64,000 nt of DNA from an uncultured Gammaproteobacteria bacterium (lineage in GTDB: Bacteria > Patescibacteriota > Microgenomatia > Levybacterales > GWA1-39-11), in the NCBI GenBank assembly GCA_964627245.1, contig CAZVGS010000002.1, positions 90,923-154,922 on the forward strand. The letters run 5' to 3'. Below are positions 43,570 to 53,824 of this stretch, one piece after another (position 1 is the stretch's first letter; the number at the start of each line of letters is the position of its first letter). The position numbers were made by a program, and so were the translations under genes. The notes beneath the pieces are model-generated. The model was not told where the DNA came from and did no database searches. It saw only the letters and a program-made list of their open reading frames with translations.

Positions 43570-45354
43570 ATGAAGAAAGTATTACTTGCCCTAATATTTC
43601 TTTTTCTTTTTACTACTTTAATTTCCGATAAATCACATGCAGCAGTATTGTTTGAAGATGATTTCGAAGACGGTGATAGCAATGGATGGACTGCTATTCT
43701 AGGACCGAACATGTGGGAGGTAAAAGAAATAAGCGGGAATAAGATGTTCGGCGCAAGAATTAACGGAGGGTCTACTCTTATGGATATTGTTGCGACGACT
43801 ATTAATACTCCTAATTATTAAATAGAGTTTGATTATATGCCTGTAACCGGTGCTGATCGAAATCTAGATTTTAGATGGATAAAAAACCCGGATGACACAG
43901 GATATACACCATATGAAGTACATTACATTGGGGCAAATTATTCATTCAATAATTTTGGTGCTACACCAATTGCTACTAATCCACTAATAGATAATCAACT
44001 GAATCACATTACTATAATATTGGAAGGCCAGAGAGTTCAATTTTTTGTTAATCAAGTTAAAATAATTGACCACACAGTTCCAGGATACGAGTATACTAGT
44101 GAGAAAGTTGGTTTAAGATTAAGTACTGGAGCTTCGTTTCCGACGGAGGGCTGGTTTGATAATGTTAAGGTAACTACTTTGGATCATGAGGATGAAGATC
44201 AGGGACTGGATGTGCCTTTGCTGAAACAAACAAACCCATTATGGGGTAACGACATTTATGATACAGCTGGTAACTGGTCTTCTAATGGCGTGACAATGGC
44301 GGATTGGGGTTGTGCAGTTACTTCTGCTTCGATGGTATTTCAATATAATGGTTTAACTAAAATGCAGGATGATTCTGAATTAAATCCAGGAAGCATCAAC
44401 TCGTGGCTTAAAAATCAACCTGACGGTTATGTTAGAAATGGCTTATTGAACTGGATTGCTTTATCCAGACTTTCTAGAGAAGTATCTGCGAATAATTCGG
44501 TTGCATTTGACGCTTTAGAATACGCAAGACATAGTGTAGACGATGCATACCTAACAAATATTATAGAAAACAGTCAGCCTGCAATTCTTCATGAACCTGG
44601 ACATTTTATAGTTGCAAAAGGGGTTAGTGAAGAAGACTCGACTTTCTGGATTAATGATCCATACTTTGAGATTAATAAATTGTCAGACTCAAAATACAGT
44701 AACTCATATGCAAAAATAGGAACATATACCCCGGTAAATTCCGACTTATCATACATGATGTTAGTGGTTGATTCCCATGTCGAAATAACACTGCTTGATC
44801 CGGTTGGAGATCAGGTTGGGGAAATTGAGTTAGAAGAACCAATTAGCGATCCTGAAAACGATTCCAACAATAACGTTGGATCTCTTAAGATATTGTATCT
44901 TCCAAAACCTGAAAGCGGTGAATACGAGCTAAATTTAAGTTCCACTACCGGGGGTTCTTATGTTCTTGATCAATATTACTATGACGAGAATGGGGAAATG
45001 CATGTAATTACGAGCACTGGTCTTCTCGATGAAGGAGATACAAACATTTACTTAGTTAATTATGATAAAGATGAAATTTCTAACACAACCTCTGAGATGT
45101 TGACTGATGAGGAAGTCACTTTCGAAAGTATTAGGCAGAAGATCAAAGATGGCTACAAGGATAAAAAAATAAAATTCGGGACCTACATTGTTTTGCTTGT
45201 TGAACTGGAGATTGCTGAAAGAGCAAAAAAAGTAAAAATTTCACAAGGCTCCCTTAACTTAATGGTACACACTCTTAAAAGAGATAAGAGAATTGATGAT
45301 GATTTCAAAAGTGAATTGATTGAAGATATTCAAGCACTCAAAGATAATTTGTAA
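43570..45354 (+). pseudogene. secreted LamG/DUF1080-like plus papain-like (C39-like) peptidase-domain protein interrupted by an in-frame TAA at 43819-43821
   Basis: ORFs 43570..43821 (signal peptide plus first half of a DUF1080-like domain: FEDDFEDGDSNGW...WEV) and 43837..45354 are in the same frame, separated only by TAA plus 15 nt; the domain continues across the stop (...TINTPNY*IEFDYMPVTG...RVQFFVNQVKIID...FDNVKV); the downstream part has a Cys/His peptidase-like pair (WGCAVTSASMV; EPGHFIVAKG). Confidence 0.5.
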
Positions 45355-45999
45355 TTACTTACTGTCTATACTCTTTTTTATTTGTTCAATAGGAATTAAT
45401 TCGCTCAGGAATATCCTCGCGGTTACATTACAAGGGCAATCTGAAATATTCTCTTTTGTTGCTTTTCCATAATAATCAATCGAGTATTCAAGAATTATTA
45501 TTTGCAGAGTGTCCCCGGTTTTTTTGAGATAACCCCATACACTTGATCCGGGTCTATCTGCTGATAACACACTTATTTCTGTTCCAAAAAGGCTAATACT
45601 TGAACGCCAATCAGCATTTTCAAGAAGTTTATTGCTTGTAATTTCAAAATTATTTATCGATGAAGAACTAATATCGTGTAAATTTTTTTCAGTTGTAATC
45701 CACTCAGTTCCTTCCAGTGGGATATCTAACTGATTCCCTGATGAATCGTAGAGAAGTGAATTGTTGGATATAGATAGGGAATTGGGAGCATTTTTATCAG
45801 CTTTACTCCATGCAGCTTCCGGATATATTACAGTGGGATCTGTCAAAAATGTTGTATTCTGCGAAATTGTTGAGTTAGAATCGGATTCTATCTTTTGATT
45901 GTTTTGTTGAAATAGTAATAGATTAATTAAAACAGCTACTTCCAGTAGTACGACTGTTGCTAGCAGAAAAATCAAAAAAATAAGATGGGACCTTTTCAC
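45355..45999 (-). CDS. hypothetical secreted or membrane-anchored protein
   Basis: 214 aa; N-terminal hydrophobic anchor; Ser/Asn-rich; no family recognised. Confidence 0.3.
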   Translation of the reverse strand: MKRSHLIFLIFLLATVVLLEVAVLINLLLFQQNNQKIESDSNSTISQNTTFLTDPTVIYPEAAWSKADKNAPNSLSISNNSLLYDSSGNQLDIPLEGTEWITTEKNLHDISSSSINNFEITSNKLLENADWRSSISLFGTEISVLSADRPGSSVWGYLKKTGDTLQIIILEYSIDYYGKATKENISDCPCNVTARIFLSELIPIEQIKKSIDSK

Positions 46000-46065
46000 T
46001 ATCTATAGTTTAACATTTTTGGTATTTCTTGCTAAAGATATTCCCTTTTTGTAATACTAAGTAAT

Positions 46066-46890
46066 ATGGAGAAATTGTTTGTTGTTAAAAGGTCCGGGGA
46101 GAGGGAGGAATATAGCGAGGAAAAAGTAAGACGCTCAATGAATAGGGTTGGAGTTCCTGATAACCTCAAGCCTGAAGTACTGCAGCATATTAGGCAAAAG
46201 TTTGAGAATAGTGAAATGAGTACGGATGATGTTTTTCATCACATCATGGAGTTCTTAGAGCCCCGTGACAGGAAATCATCTTTGCGTCTTAACTTACGTG
46301 AAGCCATATTTGATTTGGGTCCGACCGGTTTTCCATTCGAGCAGTATCTTTCAAAAATTTTTGAAAGTATGGGATACAAGGTTGAAACGAATGTTAATTT
46401 GGAGGGAGATTGTGTAAGACACGAAATTGATATTTTACTTGAAAAAGACGGGCACAGGGAAATAGTTGAAGTTAAATTTCACAATCATCACGTCGTCAAA
46501 ACAGATGTTCAGGTCGCTTTGTATACCTACGCGCGGTTTTTGGATGTTAAGGAGAAGAATAATATTTCAAATGTTTGGCTTATTACGAATACAAAGCTGA
46601 CTGAAGATGCGATAACCTACACAAAATGTAAAGGAATTCCGGCAATTGCATGGAATTATCCTGAAAAAGGAAATTTGCAGGATTTGGTTGAAGAGCCTGC
46701 GATGTATCCCATAACTCTTTTGACCTCTCTATCAGAACAAGAGAAAAAAAGACTTATTGAAAAAGATGTCGTTTTGTGTACAGACCTTCTTACTAAGAGC
46801 GACGTTGATTTGGCTGATCCTTTGCTTAGAAATGACAGTTTACAAAAAGCGCGTGATGATGCAAAATTAGTGTGCCCCTTGCCCCAATAG
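46066..46890 (+). CDS. ATP-cone domain fused to Mrr-like restriction endonuclease domain
   Basis: 274 aa; N-terminal ATP-cone (MEKLFVVKRSGEREEYSEEKVRRSMNRVGV); C-terminal PD-(D/E)xK-like core (HEIDILLEKDGHREIVEVKFHNHH...). Confidence 0.5.
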   Translation: MEKLFVVKRSGEREEYSEEKVRRSMNRVGVPDNLKPEVLQHIRQKFENSEMSTDDVFHHIMEFLEPRDRKSSLRLNLREAIFDLGPTGFPFEQYLSKIFESMGYKVETNVNLEGDCVRHEIDILLEKDGHREIVEVKFHNHHVVKTDVQVALYTYARFLDVKEKNNISNVWLITNTKLTEDAITYTKCKGIPAIAWNYPEKGNLQDLVEEPAMYPITLLTSLSEQEKKRLIEKDVVLCTDLLTKSDVDLADPLLRNDSLQKARDDAKLVCPLPQ

Positions 46891-46895
46891 TAATA

Positions 46896-47954
46896 ATGGC
46901 AAAAATCATAACTCTACCCGGTCTTATAGATGTTCATACCCACCTGCGTACACCCGGGCAAAGTCACAAAGAAGACTTTTATACAGGGACACTCGCTTCA
47001 CTAAATGGTGGTTTTACGACTGTTATTGACATGCCGAATAATGCGGTACCTATTACCACAAAAAGACTTTTAGATGAAAAGATAAGAATTGCAAAAACTC
47101 AAGCAGTCTCAGATATCGGTTTTCACTTTGGATCTTTAGGTGACAATCTCGATGAATTTAAGAAAGTTAATGGTAAAGTCATGGGGTTGAAGCTGTATCT
47201 TAATATGACTACGGGAGGATTTATCATTGGCAAAAAAGAGTTAAATGCAATATACAAATCCTGGGAGTCAAAACAGCCAATTTTACTACATGCGGAAGAG
47301 GATGTTTTGGATATGGTTTTTGAGATAGTGAAGCGTACAAAAAAAGCAACTCATATTTGTCACGTTTCATCGGAAGAAGAACTAACAAAAATTGCAAAAG
47401 CAAAAGAAAAGGGACTTCCTGTTACTTGCGGAATAACTCCTCACCATTTATTTTTGACAAAAGAGGATGGAAAAAAACTTGGGGCATACGGAAAAATGAA
47501 ACCTTACCTTAAAGGGAAAAAAGATCAAAGGTTTATATGGGAGAATTTACAGTACGTAGATATTATTGAGTCTGATCACGCACCGCATACCGTGAAAGAA
47601 AAAGATACGGAGGAACCATTTGGTGTTCCGGGTCTTGATACCACTCTACCCCTTTTGTTGTCTGCGTCAGAAGAAGGCAAACTAACTTTGGATGAAATAA
47701 TTCAGCTTTGTCATACCAATCCTGCAAGAATATTCAATGTCCCAACTGCCAAAAACACCTTAGTTGATGTTGAGATGAAAGAATATATACTTTCAAAAAA
47801 AGACTTAAAAACAAAATGCGCCTGGTCACCCTTTGAAGGAAGAAAAGTTATTGGAAAAGTCAGAAGCGTCACAATCCGCGGAAAAGAAATTTACAAAAAC
47901 GGAAAATTAGCTGTAAAGAAAGGCAGTGGAAAAGTAATCTCCCCAAGCATATAA
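46896..47954 (+). CDS. dihydroorotase-like cyclic amidohydrolase (PyrC family)
   Basis: metal-binding DVHTHLRTPG motif, later HAE... and D-H motifs; the ORF runs from 46872, but MAKIITLPG at 46896 avoids overlap. Confidence 0.6.
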   Translation: MAKIITLPGLIDVHTHLRTPGQSHKEDFYTGTLASLNGGFTTVIDMPNNAVPITTKRLLDEKIRIAKTQAVSDIGFHFGSLGDNLDEFKKVNGKVMGLKLYLNMTTGGFIIGKKELNAIYKSWESKQPILLHAEEDVLDMVFEIVKRTKKATHICHVSSEEELTKIAKAKEKGLPVTCGITPHHLFLTKEDGKKLGAYGKMKPYLKGKKDQRFIWENLQYVDIIESDHAPHTVKEKDTEEPFGVPGLDTTLPLLLSASEEGKLTLDEIIQLCHTNPARIFNVPTAKNTLVDVEMKEYILSKKDLKTKCAWSPFEGRKVIGKVRSVTIRGKEIYKNGKLAVKKGSGKVISPSI

Positions 47955-47961
47955 TCATGGC

Positions 47962-48438
47962 ATGAGCCATAAGGTTGAATCGCCCAATTCTTACGAGGTT
48001 TTGTCTCCTGCAGAAAAGAATGGAATGTTAAAGACAGCGCTTTTAAGTTTGCCAAGACAATTAACATTGGGAGAGCCACAACTGGTTGAAAATCTCAAAT
48101 TCATTAATCACCTTTCTGAATTACTCGAATTTTCCCGCGGTACGAAAGGATCAACAAGATTTATTTTGGACAACGCTGCCTATGCAACAGAGTTTGGCGT
48201 GGAGGCAGTTGCTCCGAAGCCTGAAAGGTTTGATCCTGAAAAGTCGTTTCCCACAGTACTCTTTAATCCGCTTGATCCTGAAGGTCTTTTTGGAGATAAC
48301 CCCCAGTTAACCGAACAAAGAGGATTGATTTACCTTTCGAAGAATAGGGAAGCCTCCAGGTACAATTCACGAGAGCACAAACTATATGCAGTTTGGTGGG
48401 CTGAATATGTTACTGCCTACCACCATGACCCGTTTTAG
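47962..48438 (+). CDS. hypothetical protein
   Basis: 158 aa, no motif recognised. Confidence 0.3.
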   Translation: MSHKVESPNSYEVLSPAEKNGMLKTALLSLPRQLTLGEPQLVENLKFINHLSELLEFSRGTKGSTRFILDNAAYATEFGVEAVAPKPERFDPEKSFPTVLFNPLDPEGLFGDNPQLTEQRGLIYLSKNREASRYNSREHKLYAVWWAEYVTAYHHDPF

Positions 48439-48447
48439 GCAACTAGA

Positions 48448-49563
48448 TCATGCCGGTTTGTTTTGTTGGGATTTAATTTCAATGGCAAGGCTTGGGTTCC
48501 ACATTGCACCGGTTGCAGACATAACAGCATCTGCACCTGCTTCGCGATATTCAAAATAATCCTCAGGAGTTGTCACTCCTCCAACACCTGTAATGCTAAA
48601 TTGATAATTTTTTTTGTCTTTAATTTTCTTAAGTTTCTTTACAAAATCAAGACCTGCCCATTTTATTCCTGCACCGCAAAGACCACTTCTAGTTCTGTTT
48701 GGCCCCGGTAGAGCTTGCTTACCATTTGCATCCACAACTGTCGCCTGCAAAGTGTTAATGCCTGAAATATCATCGGCATATTCGTTTGCGATTTCTGCTA
48801 ACTTTTCAAGTTCCTTAGTGTTTTTATAATAACCAACTTTAACTGAAAAAGGAGTATTTCCGATTACACTTCTTATTTTTTCACAAACTTTTTTTGTAAC
48901 ATCCAAGTTGTAACAAACCAACCCCTCATTGCCAATATTTGGACAGGAGAGATTAGTCTCCAATACCTTTGCTCCGGTTTCATATGCTAACCTTGCTGCA
49001 AGAACATAGTCATCGATAAATTGTTTTTGCGTTTGGTCTTTCTTTACAGTCCCCATAAAACTTAACACCATAACTTGTCCATTGCCTTCGTAAGAAATAG
49101 CTTTTTTTACATCTTCCTGCCAAACCTCAGGATTTTTGGAAGGTACTCCGAAGGAATTCGTAATGGTAATCGGATCCTTAAATACCCCGTCAACAACAAT
49201 TGGTTGATCGAGTTTTTCCAAAGTTAGATTTCCACCCTTTTTAACTGCCAAAAGATTTGGAAAGGGATGACAGGGGTAGGCCGTTGCTCTGACTGTTTTA
49301 TACACACAAATATCAAAACCGTTCTCAAAAGCTCCTTTGATAAACTTGCTATTCAAAAGAGGTCCTGCAGGAATACCAAAAGGCAGGTTAACTTTTAGAC
49401 CAAGATAATCATACTTAAGAGTTTTTTCCTTCGCCAATTTCTTTGGATTTGCAAAATCTCCAAAAGGACCCTTATTGTAGTTATCTTCGTAGCTTAAGTG
49501 CGGATCATAAAAGGGGACTTTAATCATTGGTCTAAGATTAGCAGATCGCAAAATATGAGTCAA
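48448..49563 (-). CDS. dihydroorotate dehydrogenase-family flavoprotein (PyrD-like)
   Basis: 371 aa; C-terminal FMN-binding TIM-barrel signature ...ITGVGGVTTPEDYFEYREAGADAVMSATGAMWNP. Confidence 0.6.
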   Translation of the reverse strand: MTHILRSANLRPMIKVPFYDPHLSYEDNYNKGPFGDFANPKKLAKEKTLKYDYLGLKVNLPFGIPAGPLLNSKFIKGAFENGFDICVYKTVRATAYPCHPFPNLLAVKKGGNLTLEKLDQPIVVDGVFKDPITITNSFGVPSKNPEVWQEDVKKAISYEGNGQVMVLSFMGTVKKDQTQKQFIDDYVLAARLAYETGAKVLETNLSCPNIGNEGLVCYNLDVTKKVCEKIRSVIGNTPFSVKVGYYKNTKELEKLAEIANEYADDISGINTLQATVVDANGKQALPGPNRTRSGLCGAGIKWAGLDFVKKLKKIKDKKNYQFSITGVGGVTTPEDYFEYREAGADAVMSATGAMWNPSLAIEIKSQQNKPA

Positions 49564-49566
49564 TTG

Positions 49567-50289
49567 TCATCGGATGTAAAGTCCTCCATTAACATCGATA
49601 GTTGAGCCGGTAATATAAGAGGCGTCTTCAGAGAGAAGAAAAAATACTGCACCGGCTACATCGTTAACATTTCCTGCTCTCTTAACAAGACTATTTTCTA
49701 TGTTCTTTTGCCTATCTTTGGTTTTCATTCTTCTGGACATTCTCGTATCAATCATCCCAGGAGCAACTGCATTTACCAGTATATTATACTTACTAAGGCT
49801 TCTTGCAAGAGATTTTGTTAACCCGATTTGGCCTGCTTTTGAAGCTGAATAAGCAGGATCGCGACTACCCAAATGTGCTCCTGTTGATGAAATATTTACT
49901 ATTCTTCCTCCATAGTGTTTCATAAACGGCAAAGCATACTTTATGCATCGAAAAGTCGCACTGAGATTAATTTCAATAACTAAATCCCACAAGTCATCAG
50001 TATATTTTTCGAAAGAAACAATGGGATAAACACCTGCATTATTTATCAAAACATCTATTCTTTTTTGTTCTTTTTTTAATCCTTCAAAAAAAGATTTAAC
50101 TTCATTCTTATTTAAGAAATCTATCTCAAAAGTCCTCACTTTTGAGCCTAAATTTTCTAATGTTTTTATGTTTGTTTTGCTGATTTTATGTTTGCTAAGA
50201 AGTATGAGGTGCCACCCATCCTCAGAAAGCCGTTTAGCAATTGAAAATCCAATATCACCATGGGCTCCTGTAATTAATGCTGTTTTCAT
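49567..50289 (-). CDS. short-chain dehydrogenase/reductase (FabG-like)
   Basis: 240 aa; TGAHGDIGFSIA Rossmann motif, YSASKAG catalytic motif. Confidence 0.7.
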   Translation of the reverse strand: MKTALITGAHGDIGFSIAKRLSEDGWHLILLSKHKISKTNIKTLENLGSKVRTFEIDFLNKNEVKSFFEGLKKEQKRIDVLINNAGVYPIVSFEKYTDDLWDLVIEINLSATFRCIKYALPFMKHYGGRIVNISSTGAHLGSRDPAYSASKAGQIGLTKSLARSLSKYNILVNAVAPGMIDTRMSRRMKTKDRQKNIENSLVKRAGNVNDVAGAVFFLLSEDASYITGSTIDVNGGLYIR

Positions 50290-51152
50290 CTTAAAACTAT
50301 ACCGTATGATTGCATCTTCTTAATTGCCTCATCTATGTCTTGTTGGGAAATAATTACACCATTTCTCTTAATCGCGTGTGAAGCAAGAATTGTTCCTATT
50401 TCTGCACACTGTTCCGGAGGTAATTTTCTAATAAAAGCTAGAATAAATCCGAGAGAAAATGCATCGCCAGCACCTGTTGTATCGGTAAGTTCCCGTTTTT
50501 GGGTTGGCACAAATACCTCCTGGTTTTGACCGTCTCTATAGTGAACTGTTGCTCCACGCGGCCCAAGCGTAGTGACTACTACTTTGGGTCCATAATCGAG
50601 GACTTCATTTTGATCTGAAACATTGAGAATGCTTTTTGCCCTTTGCCATTCTGATTCATTAAGAAATAATATTTGAGATCGTCTTAGGACATCAAGATGC
50701 AGATATTCATCAGCCTTCAATAGCTTTGGCCCAGGAGTGTATGTTAGTAATCCCTCTCTTTTCCTTGCAACATTTTTAGCCAACCCGTGGTGCGCGCTTG
50801 CCAGATGTACCACTTTGTATGGTTCTATTTCGTCTCCTGAAACCACAACATGAGGACTCAGTTCTGCGACTCCATTATCATGCCATTCACCGATTTGATT
50901 AAGTTCGGCTATCTCGTTTATAGGTATTGATATACCAGGACGCCGAGGAGAAAGTGTTATATCTACACCTATTTCACTGAGAAGGTTAGTGTATCTGACG
51001 CTTATTTCGTCAGTCCCAAACAAAGCTAGCAACCCCGTATCGACACCAAAGACTTTTCCGTTGATTGCTATACCTGCTGCAGCTCCCCCAAAATAATCAT
51101 TTCCTTCAATTTTATCAATGGCAGCATATCCTACAGAGAGTAGCTCCGGCAT
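50286..51152 (-). CDS. PfkB-family carbohydrate/nucleoside kinase (ribokinase-like)
   Basis: 288 aa; C-terminal DTTGAGDAFSLGF motif. Confidence 0.65.
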   Translation of the reverse strand: MPELLSVGYAAIDKIEGNDYFGGAAAGIAINGKVFGVDTGLLALFGTDEISVRYTNLLSEIGVDITLSPRRPGISIPINEIAELNQIGEWHDNGVAELSPHVVVSGDEIEPYKVVHLASAHHGLAKNVARKREGLLTYTPGPKLLKADEYLHLDVLRRSQILFLNESEWQRAKSILNVSDQNEVLDYGPKVVVTTLGPRGATVHYRDGQNQEVFVPTQKRELTDTTGAGDAFSLGFILAFIRKLPPEQCAEIGTILASHAIKRNGVIISQQDIDEAIKKMQSYGIVLR

Positions 51153-51156
51153 ATTG

Positions 51157-51807
51157 TTAAGTAAAATTCAATAAATCTATAAAATTAGGGATTGTATGCG
51201 TAAAACCAGCTTTTTCTATCTTTTTACCATCGATCCCATAAAGAACTCCTATTGAGTCAACTCCAGCATTTGAAGCAGAAAGTGAATCAACGCTAGTATC
51301 TCCTACCATCACTATTTCATCGAGTGGAATTTTTGTTTTTCGGGCGATATAAAGGATACATCCCTTGTTTGGTTTATCTCCTCCTGGCATTCCACCACCA
51401 TAAACGACTTCGAATAAGCTATCTACTTTAAGGGACTTAAGTATTCGATTAATCGAGGACGCTTTCTTAGTAGTTAGAATAGCAAGCTTTCTATCCAACC
51501 CAATCAATTTCTTGAGGGTTTCCTCTACGCCTGGAAAAAAGATGAGTTCTTTGATAGCACTTTCTAGTAAGTAAGATCTAAAATCCTCGGTGAGTTTCTC
51601 AATTTCTTGTTTTGAAAGATCTGGTTTTAAAAGTGAAAAAGCTTCTCCAATAGATACCTTACCTATCGTTGGATAAATCAATAAAGGATCTACCTCTTCG
51701 TATCGATTTTTAACTAATGCGTAATTTACACTTTTTGATATATGTTGGCGTGAATCAACTAACGTCCCGTCAAAATCAAAGATAAAAAGCTTATATCTAC
51801 GCATCAT
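51157..51807 (-). CDS. HAD-superfamily phosphatase
   Basis: 216 aa; motif I FIFDFDGTLVDS, motif IV VGDTSVD. Confidence 0.65.
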   Translation of the reverse strand: MMRRYKLFIFDFDGTLVDSRQHISKSVNYALVKNRYEEVDPLLIYPTIGKVSIGEAFSLLKPDLSKQEIEKLTEDFRSYLLESAIKELIFFPGVEETLKKLIGLDRKLAILTTKKASSINRILKSLKVDSLFEVVYGGGMPGGDKPNKGCILYIARKTKIPLDEIVMVGDTSVDSLSASNAGVDSIGVLYGIDGKKIEKAGFTHTIPNFIDLLNFT

Positions 51808-52657
51808 TTTTTCGCATTGTAAATTTATCTTCGGGTATTACGTGGCCAAGATTGACAGCCTTTGAACGGAGGTCGCTGGCTATTATTTCATTGGCAGGCT
51901 CTATATGGATAGAGACAGGAGTTACTCTAATGCCTGCTGACTCAATTCCTTTTATCTTGCGTGGATTATTTGTTAGTAGTCTAACCGACTTTACTCCAAT
52001 ATGATGCAACATATCTCCTGCGATAGTAAAGTCACGTACCTCTGATGGGTATCCCGCCTTTTTGTATGCTTTATCAGTATCAACACGTTCCCCAGTTTCT
52101 GGATCTATCTTTTGAGATATCTTTCCATTTCTCCACTCAAACATCCCATTTAATTGAGCCATTTTTCCTGAAACGCCTGTGCCTCTTCCTTCCTGTTCGA
52201 GATACATTATTATTCCACTCCCTTCATCGCGCACTTGATTCATTGCCTCACGAAATTCATCTTTGCATTCACAATTTATTGCTCCATACACCTCACTTGT
52301 TCTACAGGAAGAATGAATTCTAACCAAAATATCTTCACCGTTTCCCAAGGCATTTTCAACGATGTTTCCAAAAACTAGCATTTCATGATGAGAACCGTTT
52401 GTGTAGTCTCCAAAAACAAGGTACGTCCAATCACCAAACTCGGTAGGTAAAGGTGAGCGTCCGATCTCTTCAACTAGAGGTTTTTGTTCAGTTCTTAGTA
52501 TTTTTTGCATTTCGGTTTCATTTTCCCAGGGCTTTTTCCAAATAAATTTTCTCAAATTGACTATTTGATTGACAGAGAGCTCATGCGGATCATAATGTCC
52601 AGACAAGCCTCCAATAAATTCTTGCCCTTGATCTAAGCGTATTTCAGCTGATTTCAT
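51797..52657 (-). CDS. GTP cyclohydrolase II (RibA)-family protein
   Basis: 286 aa; zinc-site pattern VRIHSSCRTSEVYGAINCECKDE (compare RibA HSECLTGD..CDCG) and EGRGTGVSGKMAQL. Confidence 0.55.
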   Translation of the reverse strand: MKSAEIRLDQGQEFIGGLSGHYDPHELSVNQIVNLRKFIWKKPWENETEMQKILRTEQKPLVEEIGRSPLPTEFGDWTYLVFGDYTNGSHHEMLVFGNIVENALGNGEDILVRIHSSCRTSEVYGAINCECKDEFREAMNQVRDEGSGIIMYLEQEGRGTGVSGKMAQLNGMFEWRNGKISQKIDPETGERVDTDKAYKKAGYPSEVRDFTIAGDMLHHIGVKSVRLLTNNPRKIKGIESAGIRVTPVSIHIEPANEIIASDLRSKAVNLGHVIPEDKFTMRKNDA

Positions 52658-52725
52658 CGAATTATAGCTTATTCAATTTTCCGTATCAACTAGCTAAGTT
52701 TTATTACATTTGAGTTCACGATTCA

Positions 52726-53817
52726 ATGACAATATTGTCAATATATAAAAATGGTGATAGACTCCAGAAAATGTTTGAAAATTACTCCTTCGCTGACTTA
52801 TTTAGGAAATATAAGGTAAAGGCTGGATTGAAGACATTGTCACATCTTGGTGAGGAATTTGAAAAACAGGGGTTGTTGTTTGAAAATAGCATCTTCTCAC
52901 ACTGGCAACGTGGTTCAAGAATTCCCACGAATAGAAATACTCTTCTTGCTCTGATAAGAATATTTATTAAGCGAAAAGCAATAAAAACCATTACAGAAAT
53001 TAACATATTTCTTGAATCAAGCGGGCATGGATATCTCACAAGAACAGAAGCGGGTGCGTTGTTCTCAAGCATTAAAAGGTATCGACGTGAAGGATTCATT
53101 GGTAGACCTGGTATACCTCTGGTCAATAAAACATCTCATCGACTAGGGAGGACTGCAGAAGAAATATTCATAGAAAATAATTTGGCAATTTTTAATTTCG
53201 ATACACCTTTTACATATACAACCGGATTAAAGAGTCCGATGTTCGTTGATAACAGACTACTTCTTTCTTTGACCAAAGAGCGAGACTTTATTATTAATGA
53301 AATGGTAAAGTTTATTAAAAGAAATGTACCTATTGGTGAAATAGATTATGTGTCATCTTCATTCTCATTTGCTGCGCCATTTGGTGTACTGGTTGCGGCT
53401 GCACTAAAACTTCCCCTCATCTTAATAAGAGAAAGTAAATCTTCGTACGGACGATTTACGAAGATTGAGGGACATCTACCATATGGAAAAAGAGTACTAA
53501 TAGTAGAAGATCTTATCTCAACAGGGGTCGCAGTAATTGATAATTGTGAAACCGTACGTTTGGCGGGAGGAAAGACTAAATATTGTGTTTCTCTTGTTGA
53601 CTACGAAATAAAACTTGTACGAAAAAGTATGGCTGCTCACAATCTGAAAGTCTTTGCACTAACTAGTGGTAAGAGAATTCTCATAGAGGCAGAGAAGAAA
53701 GGAGTGTTAACAAAAGATGAAAAAAAGGAGGTAACAGACTGGTTAGAAGCACCTTTTAAGTGGGGTAAGATAAGGGGATGTTACAAGAACGGAAGCGCGA
53801 CAGATTATTATAAATAG
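52726..53817 (+). CDS. protein with unknown N-terminal domain and C-terminal type-I phosphoribosyltransferase (orotate PRTase-like) domain
   Basis: 363 aa; C-terminal GLKSPMFVDNRLLLS and PRPP-binding VLIVEDLISTGVAV motifs resemble PyrE. Confidence 0.55.
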   Translation: MTILSIYKNGDRLQKMFENYSFADLFRKYKVKAGLKTLSHLGEEFEKQGLLFENSIFSHWQRGSRIPTNRNTLLALIRIFIKRKAIKTITEINIFLESSGHGYLTRTEAGALFSSIKRYRREGFIGRPGIPLVNKTSHRLGRTAEEIFIENNLAIFNFDTPFTYTTGLKSPMFVDNRLLLSLTKERDFIINEMVKFIKRNVPIGEIDYVSSSFSFAAPFGVLVAAALKLPLILIRESKSSYGRFTKIEGHLPYGKRVLIVEDLISTGVAVIDNCETVRLAGGKTKYCVSLVDYEIKLVRKSMAAHNLKVFALTSGKRILIEAEKKGVLTKDEKKEVTDWLEAPFKWGKIRGCYKNGSATDYYK

Positions 53818-53824
53818 TTGGTGT

